Of a stretch of 64,000 nucleotides of DNA, positions 9,793-20,080 are shown piece by piece (positions within the stretch are counted from its first letter, which is position 1; the number at the start of each line of letters is the position of its first letter). Source of the stretch: Aeromicrobium sp. (GTDB lineage Bacteria > Actinomycetota > Actinomycetes > Propionibacteriales > Nocardioidaceae); assembly GCA_035526415.1 (NCBI GenBank), contig DATLCL010000069.1, forward strand, positions 2,461 through 66,460, given 5' to 3'. The notes below the pieces were generated by a model. It was not told the origin of the DNA and did not search any database. It saw only the letters and a program-made list of their open reading frames with translations. A program made the position numbers and the translations under genes.

Positions 9793-10746
9793 TCAGGATG
9801 AAGCTGCGTGTTCCAGATCGGTGAGGAACCGCTCGGCGTCGAGGGCCGCCGCGCAGCCGGTCCCAGCCGCTGTGACGGCCTGCCGGTAAGTGTGATCGAC
9901 CAGATCGCCGGCCGCGAAAACCCCGCGAACGTTGGTGCTCGTTGAGCCCGGGTTGACCAGCACATAGCCCTCGTCGTCCAACTCGACCTGACCCTTGATC
10001 AGCTCAGAGCGCGGGTCGTGGCCGATGGCGATGAAGAGGCCGCTGACATCGAGCTGACGGGTCTCGCCGGTCTGGGTGTCGCGCAGGACAACACTCTCCA
10101 GCCGGTCGTCGCCGATGATCTCGGCGACCTCGGAGTTCCAGGCGAACTCAATCTTGTCGTTGGCGAACGCGCGATCCTGCATGATCTTGGATGCGCGCAA
10201 CTCGTCGCGCCGATGCACCAGGGTCACCTTGCTGGCGAACCGGGTGAGGAACGTCGCTTCCTCGACGGCCGAGTCGCCACCGCCGACGACGACGATGTTC
10301 TGTTCACGGAAGAAGAAGCCGTCGCAGGTGGCACACCAACTGACACCGTGGCCGGAGAGCCGGTCCTCGTCCGGGATGTTCAGCTTCCGGTAGCCCGAGC
10401 CCATCGCGAGGATCACGGTGTGCGCCGTGTGCGTGGTGCCATCGGACGTCGTGACCGACTTGAGGTCACCCTCCAACTGCACAGCAGTGACGTCGTCAGC
10501 GACGAGTTCAGCACCGAACCGCAGGGCCTGGTTGCGCAGGTTGTCCATCAGGTCGGGTCCCATAATCCCGTCGGCGAAACCGGGAAAGTTCTCAACATCC
10601 GTCGTCGTCATGAGCGCGCCGCCGGCCGTGACCGACCCCTCGAACACGAGGGGTTTGAGACTGGCGCGGGCAGCGTAGATGGCGGCGGTGTAGCCGGCCG
10701 GCCCGGAACCGATGATGATCACGCTGCGTACGTCAGATGCGGTCAT
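9793..10746 (-). CDS. trxB: Thioredoxin reductase
   Basis: [36 protein letters not shown]; start MTASDV at 10746. Confidence 0.97.
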   Translation of the reverse strand: MTASDVRSVIIIGSGPAGYTAAIYAARASLKPLVFEGSVTAGGALMTTTDVENFPGFADGIMGPDLMDNLRNQALRFGAELVADDVTAVQLEGDLKSVTTSDGTTHTAHTVILAMGSGYRKLNIPDEDRLSGHGVSWCATCDGFFFREQNIVVVGGGDSAVEEATFLTRFASKVTLVHRRDELRASKIMQDRAFANDKIEFAWNSEVAEIIGDDRLESVVLRDTQTGETRQLDVSGLFIAIGHDPRSELIKGQVELDDEGYVLVNPGSTSTNVRGVFAAGDLVDHTYRQAVTAAGTGCAAALDAERFLTDLEHAASS

Positions 10747-10779
10747 AGCTGCCTTCTGCGGATGGTCGTCGATCTGGTG

Positions 10780-10806
10780 CAACGCAGTTTAGGTCGTGCG
10801 CATTCC
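10780..10806 (-). promoter_or_regulatory. SigR/SigH-type ECF promoter for trxBA
   Basis: Minus strand GGAAT-N17-CGTTG matches the actinobacterial redox sigma consensus GGAAT-N18-GTT. Confidence 0.8.
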
Positions 10807-10815
10807 GGAGCCGAC

Positions 10816-12384
10816 TCACGCCTTGCCACGCACGACGATTTCGCGGATGTCGCCCTGATACTTGCCGGCGGATACTTCGGGCAGCGAGATCAACCAGACG
10901 AGCAGGAAGCGAGTCTTCGTGCCGTCGCCCAGCTTCACCTGAGCGTGCTGACCGTCCGCGGTGACCGAGCCGAGCTTGGTCAATCCGGACAGTCGCTCCG
11001 GCGGCGACGTTCGGCCGGGCGCCCCGTAGAGCTCGACCGACGTCGGGTCCCCGCCCAATGTGAGGCGAACCTGACTGACGTCTCGGAGGTCGCCGAGGTC
11101 GACGACGAGGCCGACGCCATCCTTCAGCCCGCCGAGCTCTGGGCGGTTGAAGTACGTCGTCGTGTGCCACCCGGTCTCCGGGTCGCCGTCGATGGCAAGG
11201 TTCGCGTCGTCGGGGTTCTCGGACTCGTCGCCCTGCGGGTCGAAATCGTCGATCGCTTCGATCGGGAGCGTCCGCACCGAGCCGCCGGTGAAGGGTATGA
11301 CGTTCACGCCGGCGCCCTGCACGGCGAGCCCGGCGATGATGAGAACGAGCGCCAGCGCGCCCAGCACGCCGGCGATCACGAACCGGCGGTCATCACGGGT
11401 CGCATCAGCGGCGAGTGCCTGCGCACGTTCGATGCGGGTCGGCGGCGGGGGCTGGTGAGCCTTCGGCCGACGGGTGGCGGTCAGTCCGGGTGCGGGGCCG
11501 GCCGGCTCCAGAACGGGGTCAGCGCGGAGGAGGTCCGGTGACTCTCGCGTCGATGACAAGATCGACGTCGAGGGACCACCGGCATCACGGGGCTCCTCGC
11601 CGACCAACCGGAGCGCGTGCGCGATCGCCTCGGCGGACGAGAGCCGTCCCGCGGTGTGGGGGCCCGCCAGCTCCGGCAGGATTCGGTCGCAAATCGCGTC
11701 CACTTGACGGGCAACGCCGGCCCGCACCTGACGCGGCCGCAGAGTGTGGCCATGTTCGAACGGTGCCGGCGGCAACTGGTCGACCTCACCACCGGGCCAT
11801 CGCCCGGTCAGCGCTGCGTAGAGCAGGTTCCCCAAGGCCCGGACGTCGGCTTGCTCATAGGCTTCGAGATCGGCTGCCGACTCGGTGTGATCGGGTTGGT
11901 CGAGGGCGGAGGCCAAGCCGAGGCCGACGATACGGACGGCACCGGACTGCTTGACGAGGACATGGTGTGGCGTAAGCCGCCGGTGGTACTGCCCGCGCTC
12001 GTGGGCATGTGCGAGGGCCTCGGCGACCTCGGCGACGATATGCGCCGCACGGCGGCTGGGGACGGGCGACTGCGCGAGCACCTGGTTGAGGCCGAAGGCC
12101 TTGGCCCACTCCCGCACGACGACGTGGTGCCCGTGCCGGTTCTCCAGCAGGTCGAGTACGCGGAGGAAGCGCCCGTCGGTCACCAGTGTCGAGCGGCGAG
12201 CAGCCTCGAGGAAGTGGGGCGCCCTCGGGTCTGAACTCGGGATGAGCTCGACGCCGACGTTCCGATTGAGGAGGAGGTCGAGCGCCCGCCACGTGACCGA
12301 GCCGAGGCGCTCGGATACCTGATCCTGGAGTTCGTAGCGATCGCCAAGCACGACACCAGACGTCAGTGCTCGCCGCTCACTCAT
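10816..12384 (-). CDS. Membrane pseudokinase (MviN kinase-homology-like domain, TM, extracellular beta-sandwich domain)
   Basis: Kinase-like N-terminus (LGDRYEL) with catalytic motifs degenerate (VGVEL, HRRLTPHHV, IVGLG). One TM helix; C-terminal AIDGDPETGW..T..Y..LGGLKDGVGL. Lies downstream of murJ. Confidence 0.85.
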   Translation of the reverse strand: MSERRALTSGVVLGDRYELQDQVSERLGSVTWRALDLLLNRNVGVELIPSSDPRAPHFLEAARRSTLVTDGRFLRVLDLLENRHGHHVVVREWAKAFGLNQVLAQSPVPSRRAAHIVAEVAEALAHAHERGQYHRRLTPHHVLVKQSGAVRIVGLGLASALDQPDHTESAADLEAYEQADVRALGNLLYAALTGRWPGGEVDQLPPAPFEHGHTLRPRQVRAGVARQVDAICDRILPELAGPHTAGRLSSAEAIAHALRLVGEEPRDAGGPSTSILSSTRESPDLLRADPVLEPAGPAPGLTATRRPKAHQPPPPTRIERAQALAADATRDDRRFVIAGVLGALALVLIIAGLAVQGAGVNVIPFTGGSVRTLPIEAIDDFDPQGDESENPDDANLAIDGDPETGWHTTTYFNRPELGGLKDGVGLVVDLGDLRDVSQVRLTLGGDPTSVELYGAPGRTSPPERLSGLTKLGSVTADGQHAQVKLGDGTKTRFLLVWLISLPEVSAGKYQGDIREIVVRGKA

Positions 12385-12435
12385 CGGCCACCCCTTCCGT
12401 CTCCCATGCTAAATCGCGCCCGGTGGAGCGGGCCG

Positions 12436-14064
12436 TCAGCTCCGACGCCGAAGGGCGCTCACGACGGAGGCCAACTCGGTGAGACCGACCACCCGAGCCA
12501 CCAGCAGGTAGGTCCCGGCGCCGGCCGGACCGGCGAGGGCCACCAGTCCCAGTGCGCGGGCGGGGGTGTCGGCCGGGACGCCGGACGCCTGCAGTGCGGT
12601 GAGAACGGCCACCATGACCAGCGCTGCTCCGATGCAGGCGATGGCGAGGCGCACCAGGAACAGCCGCATTGCTGGGCCGAACACCGTGGTCCCGGGCAGC
12701 AGGGTCGCCGAGAGCGTCGCGCCGACGAAGTAGGCGGCGCCGAAGGCGAGGGCCAGCGCCACCGACACGTTCTGCGGTTCGACAAGGGACGTGAGCACCA
12801 GCGCGGCGATGACGTTGGTTCCGGCGACGGCCAGCTGGATGAGGAACGGGGTCCGGGTGTTCTCCATGGCATAGAAGCCGCGGAGCATCATGTAGTGGAC
12901 GGCGAAGAACACCATCGCCGGCGCAAACGCGGCGACGGTCCAGCCGATCGCGTGGGCGTTGGCGCGGACACCGCCGAATGCGATCACCCGGATCGCCGTG
13001 GGCCCCAAGACCGCGGCCGCCACGGCGAGCGGACCGATGACGGCCAGCACGATGCGGAGGACCCGTCCGAGTTGCTCTCCCAGCTCCGGAAGCGCCTGGT
13101 CAGCGGCCAAGGCCGAGAGCGTCGGGACGACGGCGGTCGCGAGCGAGACGGTGATCACGCCGTGCGGCATCTGGCTCATGAGGTAGCCGATCTCGTACAC
13201 CGCCGAGCCGGCGGCGGGCGTGCCGGCGGCTGCGCCCTCGAGGTTGGCCCCGACGCCGAGGCGCTGGACGACGATGTACGCAGCCTGGTTGGCGAGGATG
13301 AAGCCGAGTGTCCACGCGCCCAGTCGAAGGGTGTGGCCCAGACCGGTACGGCGGAAGTCGAAGCGCGGATGGAAGCGGAACCCGGCACGACGCAGGTAGG
13401 GAATGAGGAGAGCCGCTTGCACGGCGATGCCGAGCGTCGAGCCGAGCCCCAGGACGGCCGTCTGCGTCGTGGTGAATCCGCCACGGCCGTCGGATGAGCC
13501 GAAGATCGTCAGGTAGGTGCCGAGCATGGCAATCGCCACCAGGTTGTTCGCGATCGGAGCCCACATCATCGGCCCGAAGACTCCGCGCGCGTTGAGCACC
13601 TGGCCGAGCAGGACGAAGGTTCCGTAGAAGAAGACCTGTGGCATGCACAGGAGCATCAGGAATCGTGCGGATGCGTACTGGTCGTCGAGCGCGGCAGTGA
13701 AGAGCCTGCTGCCGAAGACCAGATGCATCAGCAGGGGAACCGCGGCCATCAGCACGACGGTGGTGGAGGCGAGGACGAGCAACCCCAACGTCATGACGCG
13801 GTTGACATAGGCTTCTCCGCCGTCCGGGTCCCGCTTCATCGCCCGCACCATCTGCGGGACCAGAACGACGTTGAAGACGCCGCCGGCGACGAGGATGTAG
13901 AGGGTGTTCGGCAGGGTGTTCGAGTTGTTGAACAGGTCGGCGTCGAGGTGTGTCCCGATCGTGAAGGCCAAGAGGTAGAGACGGGCGAACCCGGTTATCC
14001 GAGACACGATCGTCCCGAGCGCCATCCAAGTGCTGTTGCGGGCGACGCCGCCGTCCTCAGTCAT
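12436..14064 (-). CDS. murJ: Lipid II flippase MurJ/MviN
   Basis: MALGTIVSRITGF, NTLPNTLY, LVPQMVRA, QVFFYG, FYAMENTRTPF; many TM helices; ATG 14064. Confidence 0.95.
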   Translation of the reverse strand: MTEDGGVARNSTWMALGTIVSRITGFARLYLLAFTIGTHLDADLFNNSNTLPNTLYILVAGGVFNVVLVPQMVRAMKRDPDGGEAYVNRVMTLGLLVLASTTVVLMAAVPLLMHLVFGSRLFTAALDDQYASARFLMLLCMPQVFFYGTFVLLGQVLNARGVFGPMMWAPIANNLVAIAMLGTYLTIFGSSDGRGGFTTTQTAVLGLGSTLGIAVQAALLIPYLRRAGFRFHPRFDFRRTGLGHTLRLGAWTLGFILANQAAYIVVQRLGVGANLEGAAAGTPAAGSAVYEIGYLMSQMPHGVITVSLATAVVPTLSALAADQALPELGEQLGRVLRIVLAVIGPLAVAAAVLGPTAIRVIAFGGVRANAHAIGWTVAAFAPAMVFFAVHYMMLRGFYAMENTRTPFLIQLAVAGTNVIAALVLTSLVEPQNVSVALALAFGAAYFVGATLSATLLPGTTVFGPAMRLFLVRLAIACIGAALVMVAVLTALQASGVPADTPARALGLVALAGPAGAGTYLLVARVVGLTELASVVSALRRRS

Positions 14065-16132
14065 CGAAGTAGTCCGGCGGCAGCGTGGGGTGTGTCGGCC
14101 GGTGTCCCGGTCGACCGAACCGGCGGATGAGAGCGACAGCGACGAACGCGACCGACACGCCGATGGCGAGCCACAGTGCTGCACCCACCTGACTGGACCG
14201 GACGTTGAAGTCCGTGGCCGCACCGAACTCCTGGCTGTTGGCGCCGGAGAGGCGTGCTGTCACCGTGGTGGCCGACTCGGACCCCATGTCCATGTCGACG
14301 GTGACCGTCCGGCTCTCGCCGGCCGCGACGTCGACCGTCATCGGGGCGTCGAAGCGGACTCCGGGCGCTGAGGACTCGATGCCGAGGCCCACCCGCACGC
14401 GGTGCGGCGACAGGTTGCGTACCGTGATCGGGAACTGGCCGGTGGCGCTCGACAACGTCAGTGCTTCCGGCCCTTCGACGGAGATGTCCGAGAGCTCGTG
14501 GTTGAGTCGGTCGGACACCGCCTCGGCGGCCTTCAATCCAGTCACGCTGTGTTTCCGCCAGCGTTGGCTGAGGAGGCTCGCCACCGATTGCGCGTTCCCG
14601 GTTCGGTCGTCTTCGTCGAGGAGCATCCCGCCGATCAGATCGGCCATGTGGGCGGCGTCGACAGCGATCAATGTCTGGCGGGGCGACACCGGGGTCGCCT
14701 CGGCCGCGTCGGGAACGGTGCCGGTGTACGGAGTGCGGCGTGATTCGATGCTGGCCGCCAGGTTCTTGGGATCGGTCAGATCAGACTTGTAGGCGATGGC
14801 CAAGGGCTCGCCACGGACCGTCCCCGGGTTGAACCGTGGATTGACGATGACGACCGTGGTGGTGTCGGAAACGCCCTTGCCGGCATCCAGACCGGTGAAG
14901 ACCGCTTCGCTGAGGATCATCTGTCGAAGCGTCGCTGGGCTCGCGACGCCCGGCACGCCGTCGTCCAGCCGGTCGTTGACGAGTAGGGACAGGTCACCGG
15001 GTCGGGTGCGCCGGGACAGCAGGTTTCCGCCAGCTGGATCCCAGTCCGGTACGACCCAGGGACTGACGACGACCGCCTCGACGTTCTCGCGGCGCACGGC
15101 GGTCAAGGTCCGCCGGTCGACGCCCCGGGCGGATGGCCATTCCATGCGCAGGCAGGACAAGTCGTGCGCGTCCAAGGTGCCGGCGGTGGCCTCGTCGATC
15201 AGGACGTTGAGTTCCGCCGACGATGGCGATACGGCAACCGCGAGGATGTCCGGCCGGTCGTACCCGACAGTGGCGCAGCTGTAGTCGTCGGCGAGATCGG
15301 TGAGGTCGTCAAGGAACCTTTCGGCACTTCTGCGCCGGGCCTGGGCCGCGTCGGAATCGCCGGACTCGTGACTCATGGCCTCAAGCACTTGCAACAGGCT
15401 CGGATCGAGGATGACGTCCGAGCCGCGCCGCGGCGTCGTCCTCGCGAGGTCGAGCAGGTTGCGCAGCTGGCCGTGGGGGCCGATGGACGCGGCCAGTTCG
15501 GCAGTGTTGGCATAACCGTTGTCGGACCGGCGCTCGCCGGGCAAGAGGAAGGGCCACAGGACGGTCACCGGCGTCGGAGTGATGGGATTCCGGGTGGTGC
15601 CCGTGCGCAGCGGCAAGAACGTGTTGGCTCGGCCAACGGCGTCGGTGCTCCGGACGCCGCCGGGACCCGTGGCGAGGACCTGGATGCCGAGCGGGTACAC
15701 GCCCGGTGCGCCCGAAAGACCGAGCTGCCCCGCCCGGACAGTCAGCGAGAAGCGGCGGGTCTGGCCGGGGCGCAACGTGCCGAGGTCGTCGCGAGCAGTT
15801 CGCGCTGTGATGCGTTCGCCGACGTAGGTCGCGCCGCTGGTGATCGCCTCGCGCGCCGCGCCGCGCGAGGCGAACGGAGTCTTGGCGACGGCCGGATACA
15901 CCTGCACGCCGGTCCACGAGTAGCGCTCTAGATTGCGGACCGCGCCGGTGACCGTGATGTTGCCGGCCGTGCCGAGCACCGCCGGGGAGACCTGTGTGAT
16001 CTCGACGATCAGCGAGCCAGGGACCTCGGCAGCCTCGGCGGCTACCGGCATGAGGCCGAGCGCCAGCAGGAGCAGCGCCGAGACGGCAGCAACGGGTGCC
16101 CGAAACCGCCCGGCCGTCCTCCGCTCCCGCAC
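14057..16132 (-). CDS. Secreted/membrane-anchored DUF6049-like glycoprotein upstream of murJ
   Basis: Signal peptide, YPLGIQV, TFLPL, C-terminal Ig-like region FPITVRN and TM; conserved position between cca and murJ. Start uncertain (GTG 16132). Confidence 0.75.
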   Translation of the reverse strand: MRERRTAGRFRAPVAAVSALLLLALGLMPVAAEAAEVPGSLIVEITQVSPAVLGTAGNITVTGAVRNLERYSWTGVQVYPAVAKTPFASRGAAREAITSGATYVGERITARTARDDLGTLRPGQTRRFSLTVRAGQLGLSGAPGVYPLGIQVLATGPGGVRSTDAVGRANTFLPLRTGTTRNPITPTPVTVLWPFLLPGERRSDNGYANTAELAASIGPHGQLRNLLDLARTTPRRGSDVILDPSLLQVLEAMSHESGDSDAAQARRRSAERFLDDLTDLADDYSCATVGYDRPDILAVAVSPSSAELNVLIDEATAGTLDAHDLSCLRMEWPSARGVDRRTLTAVRRENVEAVVVSPWVVPDWDPAGGNLLSRRTRPGDLSLLVNDRLDDGVPGVASPATLRQMILSEAVFTGLDAGKGVSDTTTVVIVNPRFNPGTVRGEPLAIAYKSDLTDPKNLAASIESRRTPYTGTVPDAAEATPVSPRQTLIAVDAAHMADLIGGMLLDEDDRTGNAQSVASLLSQRWRKHSVTGLKAAEAVSDRLNHELSDISVEGPEALTLSSATGQFPITVRNLSPHRVRVGLGIESSAPGVRFDAPMTVDVAAGESRTVTVDMDMGSESATTVTARLSGANSQEFGAATDFNVRSSQVGAALWLAIGVSVAFVAVALIRRFGRPGHRPTHPTLPPDYFDD

Positions 16133-16200
16133 CTGTTGAGAATAGCGACGTTGCGCGACGACACCGGGCCCTGACGCGCTCACCGTAGAGTGTGGCCACC

Positions 16201-17652
16201 ATGTTGAGGGACGAGGAACGCGCTCGCGTTGACGCGTTGGTGCGGTCCGAGCCGGTCCTCGTCGAACTCGCACGGCGGTTCGGCGGTGCCGGGTTCGAAC
16301 TGGCCCTCGTGGGTGGCCCGGTGCGCGATGCGCTGATGGGACGCCTGCGGCAGGACTGGGACCTCACGACGAGTGCGCGGCCAGAGGACATCGAGCGCCT
16401 GATCGCCGGCTGGGCCGACGCCGTGTGGGACGTCGGACGAGAGTTCGGCACGATCGCCCTGCGCAAAGGCGCGGCAGACGTCGAGATCACCACGTATCGC
16501 TCCGACGAGTACGACCTGTCCTCGCGCAAGCCGCAGGTCCGGTTCGGCGACTCACTGATCGGTGACCTGTCCCGCCGCGATTTCACGGTCAATGCGATGG
16601 CGCTGCTGTTGCGCACCGCAGACGGCGACGACGTGCAATGGGACTTCGTCGACCCGCACGGCGGCCTGGCAGACCTGGCGTCGCAGACGTTGCGTACGCC
16701 GGTGGCCGCGGCGATCTCCTTCGGTGACGACCCGCTGCGGATGATGCGTGCAGCGCGCTTCGTCGCCCAGCTGGAGTTCAAGGCCGATCCGGAGGTGACG
16801 GCGGCGATCGAGGCCATGGCCGACCGACTCGACATCATCTCCGCCGAGCGCGTCCGGGACGAGCTGGTCAAGCTGATTTGCTCCGATCATCCGGTGCCTG
16901 GCTTGCGCGTTCTCGTCGAGACCGGACTGGCCGACCGCGTCCTTCCAGAACTGCCGGCCCTCAAACTGGAGAGCGACGAGCATCACCGGCACAAGGACGT
17001 CTACGAACACTCGCTCACCGTTCTCGAACAGGCGATCATGCTGGAGCGGCTCCGAGACGTGCCGGACGCTCCGGACGCCGTGTTGCGCCTGGCCGCGCTG
17101 TTGCACGACATCGGCAAGCCGAAGACCCGTCGCTTCCAGCCGGGCGGGACGGTGACCTTCCATCATCACGACGTCGTCGGCGCCAAGCTGGCCCGCAAAC
17201 GGCTGCGTGAACTTCGTTTCAGCAACGACGACGTCGACGACATCGCGCGGCTGGTGGAGTTGCACCTCCGCTTCCACGGGTACGGTGCCGGAGAGTGGAC
17301 TGACTCAGCGGTCCGGCGTTATGTGCGCGACGCCGGCGACCAGCTGGAGCGACTGCACATCCTGACGCGGGCCGACTGCACGACGCGCAATCAGCGCAAG
17401 GCGGCGCGACTGCAGCGCACCTATGACGAACTCGAGGAACGTATTGCCGTCCTGGCCGAACAGGAAGAACTCAGCGCCCTGCGGCCCGACCTCGACGGCA
17501 ACCAGATCATGCAGATTCTGGGCATCGGGGCGGGCCGTGAGGTCGGCGAAGCGTACAAGTTCCTGCTGGAGTTGCGGTTGGAGAAGGGTCCGCTCGGTAC
17601 AGACGCTGCGACGGACGCGTTGAAGGCTTGGTGGGCATCTCGCGGCACCTGA
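16201..17652 (+). CDS. cca: CCA tRNA nucleotidyltransferase with HD domain
   Basis: LVGGPVRDAL, DWDLTT, DLSRRDFTVNAMA, DDPLRMMRAARF, LLHDIGKP. Confidence 0.93.
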   Translation: MLRDEERARVDALVRSEPVLVELARRFGGAGFELALVGGPVRDALMGRLRQDWDLTTSARPEDIERLIAGWADAVWDVGREFGTIALRKGAADVEITTYRSDEYDLSSRKPQVRFGDSLIGDLSRRDFTVNAMALLLRTADGDDVQWDFVDPHGGLADLASQTLRTPVAAAISFGDDPLRMMRAARFVAQLEFKADPEVTAAIEAMADRLDIISAERVRDELVKLICSDHPVPGLRVLVETGLADRVLPELPALKLESDEHHRHKDVYEHSLTVLEQAIMLERLRDVPDAPDAVLRLAALLHDIGKPKTRRFQPGGTVTFHHHDVVGAKLARKRLRELRFSNDDVDDIARLVELHLRFHGYGAGEWTDSAVRRYVRDAGDQLERLHILTRADCTTRNQRKAARLQRTYDELEERIAVLAEQEELSALRPDLDGNQIMQILGIGAGREVGEAYKFLLELRLEKGPLGTDAATDALKAWWASRGT

Positions 17653-17672
17653 CGCGGGTAGGTTCCTGAGTC

Positions 17673-18104
17673 GTGGCAACCATCGCGGCCGAGGACGTCA
17701 CCGACGCTCCCTTGGCGAAGGTCTTCGCGTACGTGGCCGACTCGTCAAACGTGCCGCAGTGGTTCTACGGCGTCCAGAGATTCGAGCCGCTGACCGAACT
17801 TACCCGCGGTCTCGGCTCGAAGTACGCGATCAGCTTGAACGTCGGCAAGACGTTGACGGCCAAGTTCGAATGCACCGAGTTCGTCGAGAACGAGCTCATC
17901 GCGGTGCGGACGTTTGACGGACCGCAGGCGTCGTCTCGGTGGACTTTCGAACCTGCGGGCGCGCGTACCCGGATCCGGGGCGAGTTCGACTACACACTGC
18001 CCGGCGGGCCGGCTGGCGTTGCCTTGAGCACATTGATCAAGCCCATCATGGGCATCGCGGTCAAGCAGACCACGGCCAACCTGCTCAAGTACGCCGGCCA
18101 GTAG
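17673..18104 (+). CDS. SRPBCC/polyketide cyclase family protein
   Basis: APLAKVFAYVADSSNVPQW N-terminus; YTLPGG. Confidence 0.8.
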   Translation: MATIAAEDVTDAPLAKVFAYVADSSNVPQWFYGVQRFEPLTELTRGLGSKYAISLNVGKTLTAKFECTEFVENELIAVRTFDGPQASSRWTFEPAGARTRIRGEFDYTLPGGPAGVALSTLIKPIMGIAVKQTTANLLKYAGQ

Positions 18105-18107
18105 GAC

Positions 18108-19211
18108 TCAGCGTTCTTCGTCTCCTGCGATGAACGCCTCGAGCTTGGCGCGACCCTCGGTGTCCTCGCGCTGAACCGGCGGGGACTTCATCAGGTACGA
18201 CGACGCACTGATGAGCGCACCGCCGATCCCACGATCCTTCGCGATCTTGGCCGCGCGGATGGCGTCGATGATGATGCCGGCCGAGTTGGGAGAGTCCCAG
18301 ACCTCGAGCTTGTACTCCAGGGTCAGCGGCACGTCACCGAAGGCTCGGCCCTCGAGACGGACGTACGCCCACTTGCGGTCGTCGAGCCACGCCACGTAGT
18401 CGGACGGACCGATGTGCACGTTGCGCGAGTCCTTCAGGCCGGCCAGCGAGCCGGTGAGGTTCGACGTGACGGACTGAGTCTTGGAGATCTTCTTGGACTC
18501 GAGTCGTTCGCGTTCGAGCATGTTCTTGAAGTCCATGTTGCCGCCGACGTTCAGCTGGTACGTGCGGTCGAGGGAGACGCCGCGGTCCTCGAACAGCTTG
18601 GCCAGCACGCGGTGGGTGATGGTGGCGCCGACCTGGCTCTTGATGTCGTCGCCGATGATCGGCACGCCGGCGTCCTCGAACTTCTTGGCCCACTCCGGAT
18701 CGGAGGCGATGAATACGGGAAGGGCGTTGACGAACGCGACACCGGCATCGATGGCGCATTGGGCGTAGAACTTGTCGGCCTGCTCCGAGCCCACCGGAAG
18801 ATATGACACCAGGACGTCGGCCTGCGTGTCCTTGAGTACGTGGACCACGTCCACCGGCTCGGCGTCCGACTCGTCGATCGTCTGCCGGTAGTACTTGCCG
18901 AGACCGTCGAGGGTGTGGCCGCGTTGGACCGTCACGCCGGTGGGCGGGACATCGGTGATCTTGATCGTGTTGTTCTCGCTCGCCGTCGTGGCGTCCGCGA
19001 GGTCGAAACCAACCTTCTTGGCATCGACGTCGAACGCGGCGACGAACTCGATGTCACGGACGTGGTAGTCGCCGAACTGGACGTGCATGAGGCCGGGAAC
19101 CGTGGTGTCGGCGTCGGCTCCTTGGTAGTACTCGACACCTTGGATCAGCGACGTCGCGCAGTTGCCAACTCCAACGATCGCTACCCTTACCGAATTCTTG
19201 GCCGAAACCAT
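18108..19211 (-). CDS. ino1: myo-inositol-1-phosphate synthase
   Basis: [46 protein letters not shown]. Confidence 0.97.
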   Translation of the reverse strand: MVSAKNSVRVAIVGVGNCATSLIQGVEYYQGADADTTVPGLMHVQFGDYHVRDIEFVAAFDVDAKKVGFDLADATTASENNTIKITDVPPTGVTVQRGHTLDGLGKYYRQTIDESDAEPVDVVHVLKDTQADVLVSYLPVGSEQADKFYAQCAIDAGVAFVNALPVFIASDPEWAKKFEDAGVPIIGDDIKSQVGATITHRVLAKLFEDRGVSLDRTYQLNVGGNMDFKNMLERERLESKKISKTQSVTSNLTGSLAGLKDSRNVHIGPSDYVAWLDDRKWAYVRLEGRAFGDVPLTLEYKLEVWDSPNSAGIIIDAIRAAKIAKDRGIGGALISASSYLMKSPPVQREDTEGRAKLEAFIAGDEER

Positions 19212-19237
19212 CGGTTTCCCCTCGTTCCTGTGTCTGG

Positions 19238-19828
19238 TTACTTGTCTGTTTGCTGGGAGTCGTTCTGGCCGGACCGCTCGCGGTCGATCAGCTCGGTCAG
19301 CCATTTGACCTCGCGCTCCACCGACTCGAGGCCGTGACGCTGAAGTTCGAGGGTGTAGGAGTCAGCGCGCTCGCGCCCACGGGCGGCCGACTTGCGGACG
19401 TTGTCGAGACGCTCCTCCAACCGACTCCGTCGGCCCTCGAGGATCCGCATCCGGGTCGGGGAATCGGTTCGCCCGAAGAAGGCAAAGCGCACGCCGAAGC
19501 TCTCGTCGTCCCACGCCGTGGGCCCGGAATCCTCCATTGCCGCGGCGAACCGCTCCTTGCCCTCTGCCGTCAGTCGGTAGACGATCCGGTTGCGCCGGCC
19601 CCGTGGTTCGGTTCCAGTCGCATCGACCGGCGCCGACGACGGCGCGTCGGCGATGATGTAGCCCGCCTTCGTCAGCGCCTTGAGGCACGGATAGAGCGTT
19701 CCGTACGACAGCACGCGCCCCCACCCCAGCAGGGCGATGAGCTGCTTGCGCAGTTCGTAGCCGTGCATCGGCGCATCGTGCAGCAGGCCGAGAACTGCCA
19801 GTTCAAGCGCCGCGCCGCGTCGTGTCAT
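19238..19828 (-). CDS. PadR-family regulator of ino1 (Rv0047c-like)
   Basis: [40 protein letters not shown]; directly upstream of ino1. Confidence 0.9.
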   Translation of the reverse strand: MTRRGAALELAVLGLLHDAPMHGYELRKQLIALLGWGRVLSYGTLYPCLKALTKAGYIIADAPSSAPVDATGTEPRGRRNRIVYRLTAEGKERFAAAMEDSGPTAWDDESFGVRFAFFGRTDSPTRMRILEGRRSRLEERLDNVRKSAARGRERADSYTLELQRHGLESVEREVKWLTELIDRERSGQNDSQQTDK

Positions 19829-19863
19829 GGGTTGATATCCGAGCCTGTGTAGTGACGAATTGG

Positions 19864-19883
19864 TATATCGCAACGATACATCG
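19864..19883. promoter_or_regulatory. Putative PadR operator
   Basis: Imperfect palindrome TATATCG-CAA-CGATACA about 40 bp upstream of the padR start. Confidence 0.6.
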
Positions 19884-20080
19884 TACCGTCGTCCTAGGTC
19901 GAGGGCGCCTGGGCTGACACCACCCCTCGGGACGCGTCTGGCGTGACGGTTTGGGCAGCGTCGGCAAGAATGATCCGGCATCCAGAGTCAGCAGCACGCA
20001 TTTCCAGGGCAAAAGGAAGATTCCAGTTGAGTCCGCAGCACAGCCACCGGGGGGAGGCGCTACGTGATAAGTCACGCACT

